Shown piece after piece: positions 37,388 through 51,405 of a DNA stretch of 64,000 bases. Where the stretch lies: contig JAAOMT010000697.1 of NCBI GenBank assembly GCA_016748015.1, positions 949,152-1,013,151 on the forward strand, given 5' to 3'. Origin of the DNA: Geosiphon pyriformis uo1. Lineage: Eukaryota > Fungi > Glomeromycota. The notes under the pieces are model-generated. The model was not told the origin of the DNA, ran no database searches, and saw nothing but the letters and a program-made list of their open reading frames with translations. The stretch's first letter is position 1; the number at the start of each line of letters is the position of its first letter. The position numbers were made by a program, and so were the translations under genes.

Positions 37388-39618
37388 TTAGATTTGTCTC
37401 ATTCGTGACAAACTGTCAGTATTTCTATTGTTTTTTCCCTTTTTATAATGTATAGTGTAAGTATATGGTGATAGTGCCATTTTCCATTTTGATTGTCTTC
37501 CATCTCCAAATTTTTGTTTATAAAATGTTGTTAATCCCTTGTGATCTGTGTATATATCAAACTTCTGGCTTAAGTATTCACTCTATTTCATGACTGCCCA
37601 ATAAATTGCTAAGTGTTCTAATTCTGGTGTTCCATAATTTCTTTTAGCTGAAGTTAAACCTTGGCTGGTATATGTGACTGGATGTTCTCTTCCATCTGGT
37701 TCTCTCTGTGATAGTATTGCTTCCAATGCTTGGCCTGATGCATTGGTGGTAATGATGAATGGTTTGTTGTAATCTGGATAGATCAGTACTGGAGTTTGTA
37801 TAAGCTTTCTTCTTAGAATATCAAAAGCTTCTTGTTGTGCTTCTGTCTATTTGTATTTCACATTCTTGGTTTGGAGATGATTGAGTGGTTGGGCTATCTT
37901 GAAAAAGTTTTTGATAAAGTGTCAATAATAGCCTGCGAATCTCAAAAATGACTTTAACTCTGTTATATTGGTTGGTACTGGAAAGTTCTTGACTATTTCT
38001 ATCTTTTCTGGATCTATTTTGATGCCATTTTTGCTTACTATATGCCCTAAAAAGTTTAATTCTGTCTTGTCAAAAAAGCACTTATTGGCATTTAACTTTA
38101 GCTCTGCTCGTCGTAGCCTTTCAAACACTTGTTGTAGATGATGCAAATGATCATCAAATGTTTTGGAGAACACATTGGTGTCATCTAAATAAACGACTAC
38201 TGATTTCCACAACAAGCCAGTATATACTATTTCTATTAGCTGTTGGAATATGGCTGGCATATTTGTTAAGCCAAATGGCATCACTTCGAATTCAAAATTT
38301 CTCTCCCGTGTTGTGAATGCAGTCTTTTTTTTGTCCACTGGATTCATGACTACTTGCCAATAACTACTATCTAAATCCAATGTTGAGAACCATTTGTTTC
38401 CCCCAAAAGCATCAAATAATTCCTGAATCCATGAAGTTAGATAGTTGTCTTTATGCATGACTCTATTAAGCTTTCTGTAGTTCATGCAAAAGTGGATTTT
38501 CCCATTCTTTTTCTAGACGAGTACTATTGGTAATAACCATGGGCTCATTAATGGCTGAATTAATCTGTTGTCAAGCATTTGGTTGATTTCTTGACAAATG
38601 ATCTTATGGTTGGTAGATGGTACTCTGTATGCTTATTGTTTTATTGATATAGCATTTCTAGTTTTAATCTGGGGTTGGATGATGTCAGTTCTGCCGAATT
38701 CATTTTCACTGGTGAAGATGTCATTGAACTTGTTGAGCAACATCTTCAGCTGCATGCATTGAAGTGAGTCTAGATTCTCCATGTTCATTTGTTTCAATTG
38801 TTCTGGTTGGAGCAAATAACATTCATTTCATTCATATATTGTTTATGATGTAATGTTAACATATCCACAAAGCTGTGGAAAGTCTGAAATGGGGTTTGGT
38901 GGTTGGTTCTCTATTTTAGTAGTTAAATGTCCTATGATGATTCTTTTTGGTATCTCTATAACTTTTCCAGTATTGTTGTAAATGAAAATTTTGATGTGGC
39001 TATAGTTTCTGGCTGGTATGTAGAAATTGATGAGTCCAATTTCTCCTGATTCACAACATGCTGCTTTTGCCTCAAAAATTTGGTTCTGATCCTTCACTTT
39101 CCTTTCTATGACTACCATATACTGGTTATATGGTGGAATAGAAATTGGTTGACTGATGGAGATAATTTCTCTCTTGTCAATAATCTCTTCTTCCATCATA
39201 TTAACTGGTATATCTACTCTACCCATTGATCCAAATCCCTGTATCCCTTTTGCTGTTATTTCTAATTCTTCCCTATTTCCTACTGATACTAACTGAGCTA
39301 TTTTGACCAGAGACAGAAATATTGCCTGTGCTATTTTTTCATTTGGCTCTATTACATAGGCCTTTTCTGAATTGTTTTGTAGTATAGCAATGATATTTTC
39401 CACATATTCTGTGTCAATTATTCCTCCTCTAATGTTAATTTCTTTTTTTGCTAGACTACTCCTAGATGCTAGTTGAATCATTATGGTTGCTAGAATTTCT
39501 AGTGCTATTTTCAGATCAATGCAAGTGCACAAATGTGGTTTCAATTTAATGGCATCTTTTTCAGGATATCTCAAATCAAACCCTGCATCAGTATCATGTG
39601 CACATTCTGGCATAATAC
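37388..39618 (-). pseudogene. dUTPase-RT-RNase H part of the E polyprotein
   Basis: ORFs 38843-39613 (DAGFDL, RSSLA, GGIID, EKIAQAI, QGFGS) and 37922-38485 (YLDD). Ends DSLSRMRQI-TAA at 37388-37390. Confidence 0.92.
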
Positions 39619-40262
39619 TGTTATGGATTGGAGTAACAAGTTAATGGATAGCAAGGGAGAACAGGATTGTAGGGTGATGAAAATAATCAAAGGAGATTCA
39701 ACTTCAATGAGCGAATTGAATGAGTATGGATTCAATGTGCGAGATCAATCTCATAAAATATCTCAGTCGCTATTCTTTTTAAAAGGTAACAAGGAAATCT
39801 GAAGGTAGAGGGATAGTTCTTATTATCAACAATTAATAACTGCTGGTATAATTTTATGTCTCACGTCAGCACTCTTAGAATTCAATATCAGATATCAACT
39901 TGTGCTCTTCAGTCATATTTATTCAAATAATCTTCAAATACTGCAATTACACGTTTCAGGAAAGTGCCAACAAGTAATTTTTTATCCAAAAGATGTTCAG
40001 ATACTTGAAGGTAGGGAAAGGGAAATTAGCAATAAGAGAGTAATTGAGATAAAAGTTGTTATTTTTATTTATTTGATTCTTGTCTGAAAAATGATTTTCT
40101 ACAGCTAAGAGACTTATTGCTTATATAGCTAATAAAAGTGGTCAATGACTAGATCAATAATCAGGTCAATGATCACTATCTAAAAATAGAGTGGCTAATT
40201 ATATGACATCAGTGGCTAATACATATAATAACTAATAAAAATTATGGGTTTCAACCATAACA
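39619..40262 (-). repeat. 3' LTR of element F
   Basis: Direct repeat of 46589-47292 with TGTTA...TAACA termini. Confidence 0.95.
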
Positions 40263-40271
40263 TCATCCTCT

Positions 40272-40925
40272 TCAAAGAGATTGAGCTCCAGTGAAATCAA
40301 GCTATTTATAGGGTATTTTAATTGAAGGGTTTTGTCTAACTCAAAACTAACTAGTTTGTTGAAGTCTTTTGTGGATAGAGTATATAGTACTTAAGGCGAA
40401 ATAAGCTTTGTATCCAAGAGACCAAATCTTTGTATAAGAGTTTTGGCTCTTTTTGCAATGGTCAAAACTCTTGGAACATCTAAACATATAATGCCCAAAA
40501 TTTCCACTTGTATTTCTAAAGTTGTTTTCTTCATGAGTTTCATTTCTTCTATGATTTCACCAAGATGACCATAGAGTTCTAGTTGCCTTCCATATGACAA
40601 GTTTTTGTTTATGGGCAAGATTTCTTGTATCATTTTTCCAATTGTATTGGAAGGTGAAAGTATTGCTGCTGTTATGCTTTTCAGCAGGTATTTATCCATT
40701 TTGCCACCAATTTTTTCTCTTCTAGTAGTTGTTTTTTTTGGTCTGATAACAGTGTGAGTTCCACTGTTGTCTGTTATGGTGGTTTGTTTTCTGATAGTCA
40801 AAGTAGCATTTGAATAATTCTTGATTCAGTACTCATAGAGAGTATAAAAAGCATTTTGAATGTTTTGATCCAGGAAATAATTGTTTATGTCGATTGAAGA
40901 TACCTCTGTTTTGGGAATGGTGCAT
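40272..40925 (-). pseudogene. ORF3 of F
   Basis: Includes ORF 40391-40801 (YGHLGE...AKRAKTLIQRFG). Ends LDFTGAQSL-TGA at the PPT. The start is uncertain. Confidence 0.7.
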
Positions 40926-40929
40926 TTAT

Positions 40930-42243
40930 TTATATCTGATTTTTGCTGATCATTTGGGTTGGTATTACCACAACAGGTAACCAATCAGGTCATTTGTGAT
41001 ATTTCTTGAGTCGTGTGTCATGAACAGAGTAATCACTGAATATTGTTCTATATTGATTTTGTAGGATATATGAACCATTGTTCAAAACTTTGTTGACTAT
41101 AAAAAGTCTTTTCCAGTGGCTGGAGAATTTATTACCATAGACATTGTCTCTGTCTGAATGGTATTCCAAAACTAAGTCACCAATACTTAAGAAAAGTGTT
41201 TTATAGGTCTTTTTCTTTTTGAGCTTCTCTTGGAACTGTTTTATCTTTTCAAAGGCAATTATTCGTGCTTCTACCAATGAGTCAAAAATGGTACCAAGTC
41301 TTTTTTGCAAAATGTCCTTGTAATCTCCTATTGTTATTTCTTCAAAAAGTATTGTTTCTATATCCATTTCTATTGGTAGAGCTGCTATTTGTCCATAGAA
41401 CAGATAAAAGAGTTCATAACTTGTTATGTTATGATTTACAGTTCTGTAGGCAAACAAAGCTGAAGGCAATGCTTTGTCCCATAGGTTGGTTTTTTCACTG
41501 GTTTTGGTTAGAGTTTCACATAGTGTTCTATTGAAACGTTCTACTAGGCCATTTGTTTGTGAGTGATAAAGAGAAGAGAGTTTATGATGTATTCCCATTT
41601 TTCTGCAAAGTTCTTTAATCAGTGTACTGAGAAAAGCTCTTCCTTTATCAGATAAAAGTTCTTTGGGGCAGCCATTGTGACAGATAATATCTTTATAAAT
41701 AAAATTGGCAATTGAGACTGCTGTTTGATCTGGGATGGCTCTTGCTTCTACCCACTTTGTAAGATAGTTGGTAGCTGTGATAATGTATCTGTTGCCATCA
41801 GGAGTAACTGTTAAAGATTCAACAACATCTATACCAATTCTGTCAAATGGTTGACCAACAGAGATCGAATGGATATCTTCCTTGTGATTGAGTTTTCCTC
41901 TTCTTTGGCAGGTATTACAGGTTTTGATGTATTCAGCAATGTCTTTTCCCAAGGTAGTCCAATAATAGCGAGCTAAAGTTTTCTGAATTGTTTTTGTTTT
42001 TCCAAAGTGTCTAGCTAATGGATCAGTATGCATATTGTAGATCACAATTTCTCTTTCTTCAAATCTAATGACTCTCTGGGGGTGGTTAGGATTTTTTCTA
42101 TTTTTTTTATATAACTGGTTCTGGCAAATCAAATAGAAATTTGATTGTTTGTGCAAATGTTCTCTTTACTGTCGAGTATAGTCCAGTGGGTATTGTCCTT
42201 TACCCAAAAATTCTATTAAGGCAGAGTAGTTGTCCAAGTTCAT
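40930..42243 (-). pseudogene. Integrase ORF of F (own ATG)
   Basis: ATG at 42243 (MNLDNYSALIEFL), in frame with ORF 40990-42156. H..H..CNTC zinc finger and GIDVV/SDKG/GLVERFN (DDE). Confidence 0.92.
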
Positions 42244-42308
42244 TATCGTGTTTATTTGTGGGAGAGTTACAAATAATTAAGTTGGTTTGGTTTGAGAGAG
42301 TTTTACTA

Positions 42309-45300
42309 TCACTGGATGGTAAGTCTGGAGAGAGCATTGGCATTTTAATGATTAGCTCCTTTGTGGTGTTGAATGTCATAGTCGAATTCATCCAAGTGGA
42401 GTATCCAGCGAGTTATCCGTTTATGTTCCAAGTTTCTTTTGTTGCGTAGCCAAACCAAAGCTTGGTGATCTGTCATCACCAAAAATTTCACATCCTTAAG
42501 ATATTTGTTCCAGTAGCTGGTAGCCCAAACTGCTGCTAAGCATTCTTGCTCAGTAACTAAGTAGTTTCTTTCTGCTGGTGTGAGAGTTCTACTGGCATAT
42601 GCTACGACATGTTCCCTGCCATCTTCATCTTTCTGGGAAAGAACAGCACCAAGTCTATAGCCAAATGCATTAGTATGGAGGATAAAAGGTTGATTCAGAT
42701 TAGGTTGCATGAGGATGGGTTCTGTAACCAGTTTTTCCTTCAGAATTTCAAATGCTTTTTGTTGATAAGTGCCCCAGTGATAATTGATGTTTTTTCTAAG
42801 TAGCTGATTGAGAGAAACAGTGATTTTGGAGAAATTCTTGACAAACTTGCGATAATAAGAGGCCAAACCAAGAAAAGAGCATAGTTCATGAACATTCATT
42901 GGTTGTCTAATGTTTTGAACTTTTTCAATTTTGGCTGGATCAGGGAAGATTTCATCTTTTATAATAAGATGGCCAAGGAACTGGGTGGATTGACATCCAA
43001 AAAATGATTTGATTGGATTGATCTTGAGGCCAGCATTTCTAAGGAGGTCAAAAACCTTTTGCAAATGTTCAAGGTATTCATCCCAGGTTTTTGAGTATAC
43101 TATTATGTCGTCCAAGTAGACTAGAACAAAGTTTTCTTTTACTGATTCAAATATTTTGTCCATTAAGCATTGAAAGGTGGGAGGAGCATTTGTGAGACCA
43201 AAAGGCATGACTGTGAATTCATAGGTGCCATACTTGGTGATGAAAACAGTTTTCTTTCTGCTTTCTGGATCCATTTTTACTTGCCAGAATCCAGCAGTTA
43301 AGTCAATGGTTAAGAAGAAAGTGGCACTATGGAATTGGTCTAGCATTGCATCAATCTTGGGAAGTGGGTACATGTCTCTTTCAGTAATGGCATTTAATTG
43401 GCAATAGTCAACACAAAAGCATAGGATTCTTCTTTTCTTAGATACCACTACAACTGGGAATGCCCATTCACTTTTGGTTTCCTGTATGAATCCAAGGTTT
43501 TTCATTCGGGTTATTTTCTTTTTGATAAACTCATCATTGTGCTGGTTGGATTGATAGGGCTTCAAATGGATGAGGCGAGTTTTTCTGGTGATGATGGTGT
43601 GTTGTATCACATGTGTACGTCCAGGAGTTTCACCTTTTTTTGAGATAACTGGGCTGTTTCTAGCCAGCAGGTTTTCAATGTCTATCTTTCTTTCTTCTGG
43701 AAAGGGTTTTCTTTGTTCTACAACCAGTGATTGGATTTCAGGTGGTTCATTTTCAAAGGACTTTTGGACTTCTTTTATTTCCTCACGGGGTATCAAGCTG
43801 ATTGGTTCCCAATCTTTGTAATAAATCAGGCAGGACATGCATTTATCACTAGAAGAATACAATAGTTTGTCGCACTAGCACCAGGCACAAGGACCATGCC
43901 ACCAATAACTGTATTTGGCTTTCTTGCCTGGCTTTCTATTAAAGGTTCTTCTGAGCATGTCATAATAAGACCAACAGATCAGCTTGCCATTGACAATAAT
44001 TTCTTTTTTATCTGCCTTGACATTATCCAGTGGTTTGTCATTGCTGGTAAAGATGGTATAGGCAAGTTCAGCAGTTTCTTCTTGTTCTTCTTCTTCCTCA
44101 CTTTCTTCATCATCTGATTTGTCTGATTTATTTTTTTCTGGGCTCTGCTTGGGTACTGGGGGAGTTGTCCAATGGCGACATTTAACCACAATGGGTTTCT
44201 CACTACATTTGATGATTAGTTCACAGAGTTCATAATCAAGCAAAGCTTTTGCTTTCTTGAGCCATTCATTGCCAACAATAATGGTGTATTCTTTCACTTC
44301 AGATACTTCCATATCAGTTTTAATGTTGATGCCATTGATGCAGACAGGAATAGCTTTGGCTATGCCAAGTCCTTTCTTCTTATCACCATGCACATTGGTT
44401 ATTGGTCGTGTGGATGGTTCATCAATTTTTCTGCCAATTGCTTCAAGAAAGTGTTTAGCAATAACACTAACAGATGATCCACTGTTTAGAATCAAATCAA
44501 TGAAGTAGCCAGCCACTTGGGCTTTGCAAATTAAAGAAGTAACATTGCTATTGTCAGCAAGTCCAGCTTGGCAAGGGTGTTTGTTGGTTTTGGGTGTTTT
44601 TTTCTTTGGAATTAGAGATTTGCGAAGATCTTTTCTGAATTGTGGATAGGTCATTAATTGACCAAAGGTTATATGTGCTGAGGTTTCCATGAGGTCTTTG
44701 ACAACAAAATAGGGCTGAATTTTTGTACTATTTCTGAGGATTCCAACTTTGGAGGGTTCTTGAAAACTTTGGCTTTTGGGGACTCATTGTTGTCAACAGT
44801 TGATGTAGAAGTTTTATTGGAGTCCAGAACAAAATCAACTTTGGCTTTCTTTTTCTTTCTTGTGGATTCAGAGGGGTTGATTGCTAGTTCATCCATGTCA
44901 TAGTTATTATTAGTTAAGTTAAAAGCGTAAAAGAGGTTTTCTTCTGATTGGCTTGCACTCTCACCCTTTGGAGGTGTGCCTACCAGTTTAAAGACTGATA
45001 AACAGTGGCTTCAATTAGGGAATCCTCTCCAAAGAAATTGATGTTGGCATGATTGGGTCTTTGATTGGGGACATTGTTGTTGTTGTTGGGTCTGTTGTTT
45101 TGGTTGTCATTGTTTCTGAGAGTTAGAGGAGGCAGTGGAGAATTGTTACAATCTCTTGAATAATGTCCAGTTAATCCACAATGATAGCACACAGGTGGGC
45201 CACAATTTTGCTGTCTTTGATAGGGAGGTTGCTGGGGCTGGTTAAAACGAGGTTTGTATTTAGGTCTTGGTGGTTGCTGGTTATCTCTGACTGTTTGTGC

Positions 45301-46536
45301 CAAAGATTCTAATAACTGGACAAGATTGGCTGTGAGTCTATCAATTAATTGTTCATTTGGATCTTGAGTTTGGGTAGCAAAAAAAGCAGCAGCCATTTGA
45401 AGGGCAGGAGCCATGACAGGAGCAAAAGCAAAAACTGGAAATGTAGATCCCAAATGTATTCTTTGGTTGTCTTCAATTTGTTGAGCAAGTTCAATGGCCA
45501 TGTCCATTGTAGGGTTGTTTTTTAGGGCCAAGAGAGACCAAAAAGCATAAGATAAATCAGTTCTCAATTTTTTTGTGAAGGAATAAATCTTTTGTTCTTC
45601 TGTCCAGTTTCTCCCAGAGTTTACATGTTTGATTAGCTTTCTAATAGCTTTGGCATATTCAGTCACTACTTCTCCAGGGCCTTGGGTTCTTCTTTCCAAT
45701 TCTATGCACCATTTGGATATTAATATTGGGGTTCTGAACTTGGTCTCAAATCGAGTAGTGAAAGAAGTATTTTCTTCTCCAGCATTGATTAGTGTCCATC
45801 TGATTATTCTGTGTTAAGCATTGGCATCTGTTTCTTGTGAGAACCAGATAGCAGGAAAGCCTTGAAGGTAGCCACCAACAATTTAGAACTTGTATTCTTT
45901 ATTATACTGGTTGGCTGTGGCAGCTCTCTTAAAATCATCTAACCATTCAATTGGATCTTGTGCATTATCTCTAAATAGTGGTAGTGAGGTATTGTTTCTT
46001 CTTTCTAGAGCAATTTGTATACCTTGGAGAGCAGCCAGAATGTTTGCTTGCATGGGGTCATTAGTCATTGGTTCAGGGGTAACTGTTTGTGTAGACGAGT
46101 CTAATTTGCTTGATAAAAAGTCAAAAACAGGAGCAGTTTGGTAGCTTTCTTCTTCTGTTTCAAAGGGAGTTTCAGTTGCTTGATGGGCAGCAATCCAAAT
46201 GTGGATTTGATGATTCGGATATTTGAAATCAGGAGGCTGTTGTTCAAAGGTTGCAGAATATAAGAGCTGATTGATACTGTTGTTTCTTTCTTCAAAGTTA
46301 TTTTCAAAATAAGCTTGGTTAAAGTAATAGGTTGTATAAGCTGTGTAGGTTTCAGCTGAATGCTTATTCAGAACCCAGTTCCAAAAGTCTTGGAATTGTC
46401 TACTGGATTGTTCTTCAAGGGAGAAGCAGATCAAGCAGGAGGGCAGAGGATTAAGTTTAATGAAATCTAGGTCATTTCTGTTGTGTGCTGCAAAGTGTTC
46501 TTCTGATTGCTGTGACAGATATAAGTAATCACCCAT
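42309..46536 (-). pseudogene. Gag-PR-RT-RNase H polyprotein of F
   Basis: Capsid-like region, CYHCGLTGHYSRDC, LIL(D>N)SGSS, YLDD, RNase H. Ends NALSRLTIQ-TGA-TAG-TAA. Confidence 0.93.
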
Positions 46537-46588
46537 ATAATGAGGGAATAAGTAAATTTTGACAACCTCACAGGGAGCACCACTTTTA

Positions 46589-47292
46589 TGTTACGGGTTG
46601 GAGTAACAAGCTAATAGATAGCAAGGGAGAACAGGATTGTAGGGTGATAGAAATAATCAAAAGGGATTCAACTTCAATGAGTGAATTGAATGAGTATGAA
46701 TTCAATGTGCGAGATTAGTCTTATAAAATATCTCAGTCGCTATTTTTTTCAAAAGGTAACAAGGGAATCTGAAGGTAGAGGGATAGTCTGTACTGTTAAC
46801 AATTGATAACTGCTAATATAATTCTATGCCTCATATTGGTGCTCTTAGAATTCAATATTAAGTATCAACTTGTGTTCTTCAGTCATGTTTATTCAAATAA
46901 TCTTCAAATACTGCAATTACACATTTCAGGAAAGTGCCAACAAGTAATCTTTTATCCAAAAAATGTTCAGATACTTGAAAGTAGGGAAAGGGAAATTAGC
47001 AATAAGAGAGTGATTGAGATGAAAGTTGTTATTTTTATTTATTTGATTCTTGTCTGAGAGATGATTTTCTATAGCTAAGAGACTTATTGCTTATATAGCT
47101 AATGAAAGTGGTCAATAACCAGATCAACGACTAGGTCAATGATCAGATCAATGATCAGGTCAATAATCAGGTCAACAGTCAAGTCATTGATCAGGTTAAT
47201 GATCACTATCTAAAAATAGAGTGGCTAATTATATGACATCAGTGGCTAATACATATGATAACTAATAAAAATTATGGGTTTCAACCATAACA
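46589..47292 (-). repeat. 5' LTR of element F
   Basis: Repeat of 39619-40262 with more 12-nt TGATCAGGTCAA units. Confidence 0.95.
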
Positions 47293-50200
47293 ATATCTTT
47301 ATTATTGTCACTAAACCATTTTAGTTCTTGCTTTTTGGTAAGATCAAGAGTGCAATATATTATTCATAGTTTGAATCGGAGTTTGAATCTGAGTTGAAAT
47401 TGTTGTCATTGTTATTGTTATTTTGAACAGAGCTGGAACCATTATTTTTGTTGTCATTATTGTTGGAGTTTGAGTCAGGATTGAAAATTGATTCTGATTC
47501 TAATGTGCAGCTGCTGATTGGTTCTTCTTCTTCTGAGATTGTGTAAATTATGCGGATCGGTAGGTTGTAAATGAGGTCACACTTATTACAATATTGAAAG
47601 TCACATGGAATTAAGCAGTGGTCACATAATTAAGTGTTTAGCTGTGCTAAATGCTCTTCCTGTTCTTTTTTGGTGGGTGCCAAGTTTTGGTAATGCTCAT
47701 GAAAGTCTTCTGAGTTGGTTTTTATGTCAAGAAAGGTGTTTGGATTTGGAACGAAAATGATGTCAATCTGTTCAAGCAGGTTGTTTTTAACTTCCAGAAT
47801 TTCACTGGGTGTGGCTCCTTGGACTTTGGCATTTATCATTTATCAGATCTTGTCCTCGTCATGTGGGTAGCCATCCAATCAGTTAATCACTTTATGTTAA
47901 GCTGCTGTTATGGGCATGCTATAACTTACCCAGTCACTGATGAGAATTGTATACTGGCATGAAGTGTCACATGTTCCTCTTTGACCAGGAATGTCGTTCC
48001 ACATTCCTTTATCGAGTAGCTGTTCACCACAAGCGAGACATGGTTTGTTGTCCTACTTGTCTTGGTGCTTTGGATATCCATAGCATTTGCAATAGCACAG
48101 TTTGCAGTAATAATATGTTCGCATCCAGTGGTCTTCATCTGGTGTGATCCATGCTTCCATGAAAGAGAGTTTCTTTCCACAGTCTTTGCATTTAAGTGGA
48201 ATAAATGGTGGCTGTGATAGTGGCTGGCAAACAGAGTATGAACTTGTCCATCCTTTGATTGTGTCTTCTGTAAGTTTGATTTCTTCAAGTACATTTTCTT
48301 CTTTTTTCTTTTCTTTCCCTTTTTTCTTTCAGCTTATTGTTGATAGCAACTTACTTTGGCTGTTGTCAGTCCAAATGTCAATGGTAGTTCCCCAGGTATG
48401 TTCTTTTCTTTGTTTTCTTTTTTTATTGTTATTGTCATTTCAGGAAAGTATTGGCAGTAGTTCATTGTGGTTATTGTCAGCCTATGAGACTTGATAGGCT
48501 TCCCAGGTAGGTTTTTTTTTTTTTCTTAAACTTGATGAGTGATGCTGGTGTATTGATGGTCTTGAAGTGACCACACGTGGCTGGTACACATGTATGTTGA
48601 CCATTTTGGCTGAATTAGAGCTTTTGTGTTGTCCAATCCAGTATGGCATTTGTTTTAGTGAGCCAGTCATTACCAACTAGTGCTTGGTATTGAGTGGCTT
48701 CCATCACTAAAACTTTGATAGGGATTATGATGCTGTTGACTTTAAAAGAGAAGTCGTCAATCTTGCCAATAAGAGTTTTGGTTGCTCCATCAGCTGTGAT
48801 AATCTTTGCACTGGCAGCTCGGTCAATTCAGCAACCTAATTAATCCATGAGTTGTTTGGTAATGATGCTGCCAGTTAATCCACTATCTAGAATCAGTTTG
48901 ATATACTGACCATTGACTTTGACATCAGTATATATTGTGGTTATTGGTTTGGTGTCCAGAACAGCTCCACTGAATAATAGAACTGATGTAATTTTCTCAA
49001 GTTCAAATGGAAATATGGTAGCAAGTAATTTGTTTTCAGTGCTGGCAACTGGTGGAATGTTGCAGGTAAGTGGCTTCTGGTTGGTTTTCTGTTTGCTGAA
49101 TACAGCATCTTCTGGGGTAATCAGAAGACTTAAGTAGTTCTGAAAACTTGGGTTTTGGTTATACCCGGTTCCTGAACTCCACTAGTATGATCCTGATAAT
49201 TGATTTGATGAACTGGGAATCAATTAGTAAACCACCATCGCCGATCTCCAGTTTTGGGTTACTCAAGATCTGGGTTTCTGAATGTTATCATAGATGAATT
49301 TTGGAGCAGTGTTTAAATTAATTGTTGTGGTTAATAGACTATTTGTGGTTGTAATTGATATATTACAGATGGCTGTGGTTGATATATTTGAGGTTAATAT
49401 ACTGGTGTTTGATAGATTGGCAGTAGTGTCATTGACAGATAAGTAGATTGATATTGATTTTAATTTGAGTAATGATTCGGAGTTAAGAACTGGCAATTGG
49501 GATTCCAATATTGATTTCCTGATCATGAGTTACTATAAGCATGGCAATCGGCTTTAATATGACCTTGTTTACCATAGTTGTGGCAGATTTGCGTTTCTTG
49601 TTGCCACAGCTGATTTGTTGATAATAATGGACATGACTGATTTTGAAAACAATTCACATTTCCCTGATTATTACATCATTGAGGAGACTAATAAATTGGG
49701 CAATTGTCAGCTAAGTATTCCTCTAATTTTTGATTAATGGAATCACTAAATTGTTTCAGTTTAGAATCCAAGTCAGATAATCCATTTATTACTAAATTTA
49801 CAGCTTGGACATGATTGGCTTTTAACTCAGCAGTTTCAAAATCTCTAGTATGAGTGACTGCAGTAGAAAGGTCTACCAGATGTATCGGACATATTTGTTG
49901 GAATATACTGCTGCGTAAGCCTCTAATGAACTGATTTAAGATTTGTGGCACTATAAAGTAATCAGCTTGGATAGCTTGGATTTGGCACAGATTTCTGTGG
50001 AAGCATCCCAAGTAGGTGGTGACTGCTTCTGTGTCCCCTTGTTTTAGGATGGTGAAAGTACTTGCCAGGTGGTTGATGCTGTTATTATTACTGAAATATC
50101 TTAGGAATTCTGTTTTAAATACATTAAAATTTTGGGGTTTCTGGGCCAAGCTATAATACCATAAATTAGTGGTATCTTTTAAAAAATATGGGATGACTTG

Positions 50201-51346
50201 CATTGTTTTTGTGTCATTCCAATTATTTGCAGTGATGGCTTTGGTGACATTATTGATTCATGCCTGGGCGTCATCTTCTTTGCCAGTGAACTTCTCAAGT
50301 TTTGTGATTGGTGCAAAAGCTATTGGCATGATTAGTTGTTGTTGTTGTATTGGTGGTTGAAGCAGTTATTGTGGTTGCTGAACTGGTTGCTGGATAAGTT
50401 GCTATAGTAGTAGCTGTTGAAAAAGTATTTGCTGCTGTTAAATCAGTTCAATAATCAGTTCAATTGGTGGCTGATCAATAACGATATTTGAAGATAAGTT
50501 TTGTTAATTAATTAAGTTAGGGTTTTAGTTATTCTAATTTGGTGGAGTTTTGATTTCTGGATTTTCTAAATTTTGATCTTGCTAAGTCTAAAAATTCAGG
50601 GTTTTTATATCCAGGTTCTCAGTAATCGGGTTCTGGTAAGTGAATTTTTGATCTTCAGATTCTTCTTCCCCTTCTTTTTCTTGTTTTTTTTCTGATTCGG
50701 TTGATTCCCATGGATTAGTAATTCCGAAATCTGGTTGAGGTGGTGATAATCGAACTCCTGATGGCATTGGTGATCTCAATTTGAATTCCTTGAAGTACAT
50801 GCCATATGGTTTTAATAGATCTTCTTTTCTTTGTTTACTTTGGAATGGAAATCATTCAAATATTGATGTCATGTTTGATGTAAACATGCCTGCTGATGTG
50901 ATATTAATGACATTTCTAGGAGTATAATGATATGATGGATTTGTAGGTGATTCAATTCTGTGTTTCTTCCAAGTGAGTAGTTGGATCTATTGAGGTGTTA
51001 CTGCTGGTGTTTGTAATTTTCTTTTGTCTTTACTGGCATAAATGATTGGGTATTTTTGTTGTGTGTGATGTTCAATTTCTTTATTAATCTTAGTGATAAT
51101 GGATGTAAAATTATAATTTGTTGGTAAGCTGGTGTTTTGGATTAATTTGTGGTAAAAAGTTTCTCTTGCTAATTCAGTGTTTACTGGTGTTTCTAACAAA
51201 TAGGCAATTCTTTTATTGACATAGAAATTGAAGGCTGATTTTGCTGATATCTGATTGTGGTTCAATCCCAAGTGTTGACAATAGTGTTGAAATAAAGATT
51301 TTGTAAATCCTAAATGGTTTGCTCCTATACTTTCTAATTTTGCCAC
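47293..51346 (-). pseudogene. Gag-PR-Cys-rich part of the E polyprotein
   Basis: ORFs 50987-51346 and 49688-50203 (capsid-like), zinc knuckle, protease LILDSG, CxxC clusters. Rejoins 39618 across the TSD of F. Confidence 0.9.
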
Positions 51347-51405
51347 TGTTAATTTATTGTTGATCCTGGTTTTTTGTAGAATTATATCTCATAGGGAGCA
51401 CCAAA

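Larger units (their letters stand above)
39619..47292 (-). mobile_element. Ty3/Gypsy LTR retrotransposon F (distinct family, no dUTPase, least decayed copy)
   Basis: LTRs 39619-40262 and 46589-47292, PBS 46566-46582, PPT near 40263-40272. TSD atac/atat. Long surviving ORFs (RT-RH 505 aa, IN 388 aa). Confidence 0.96.
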
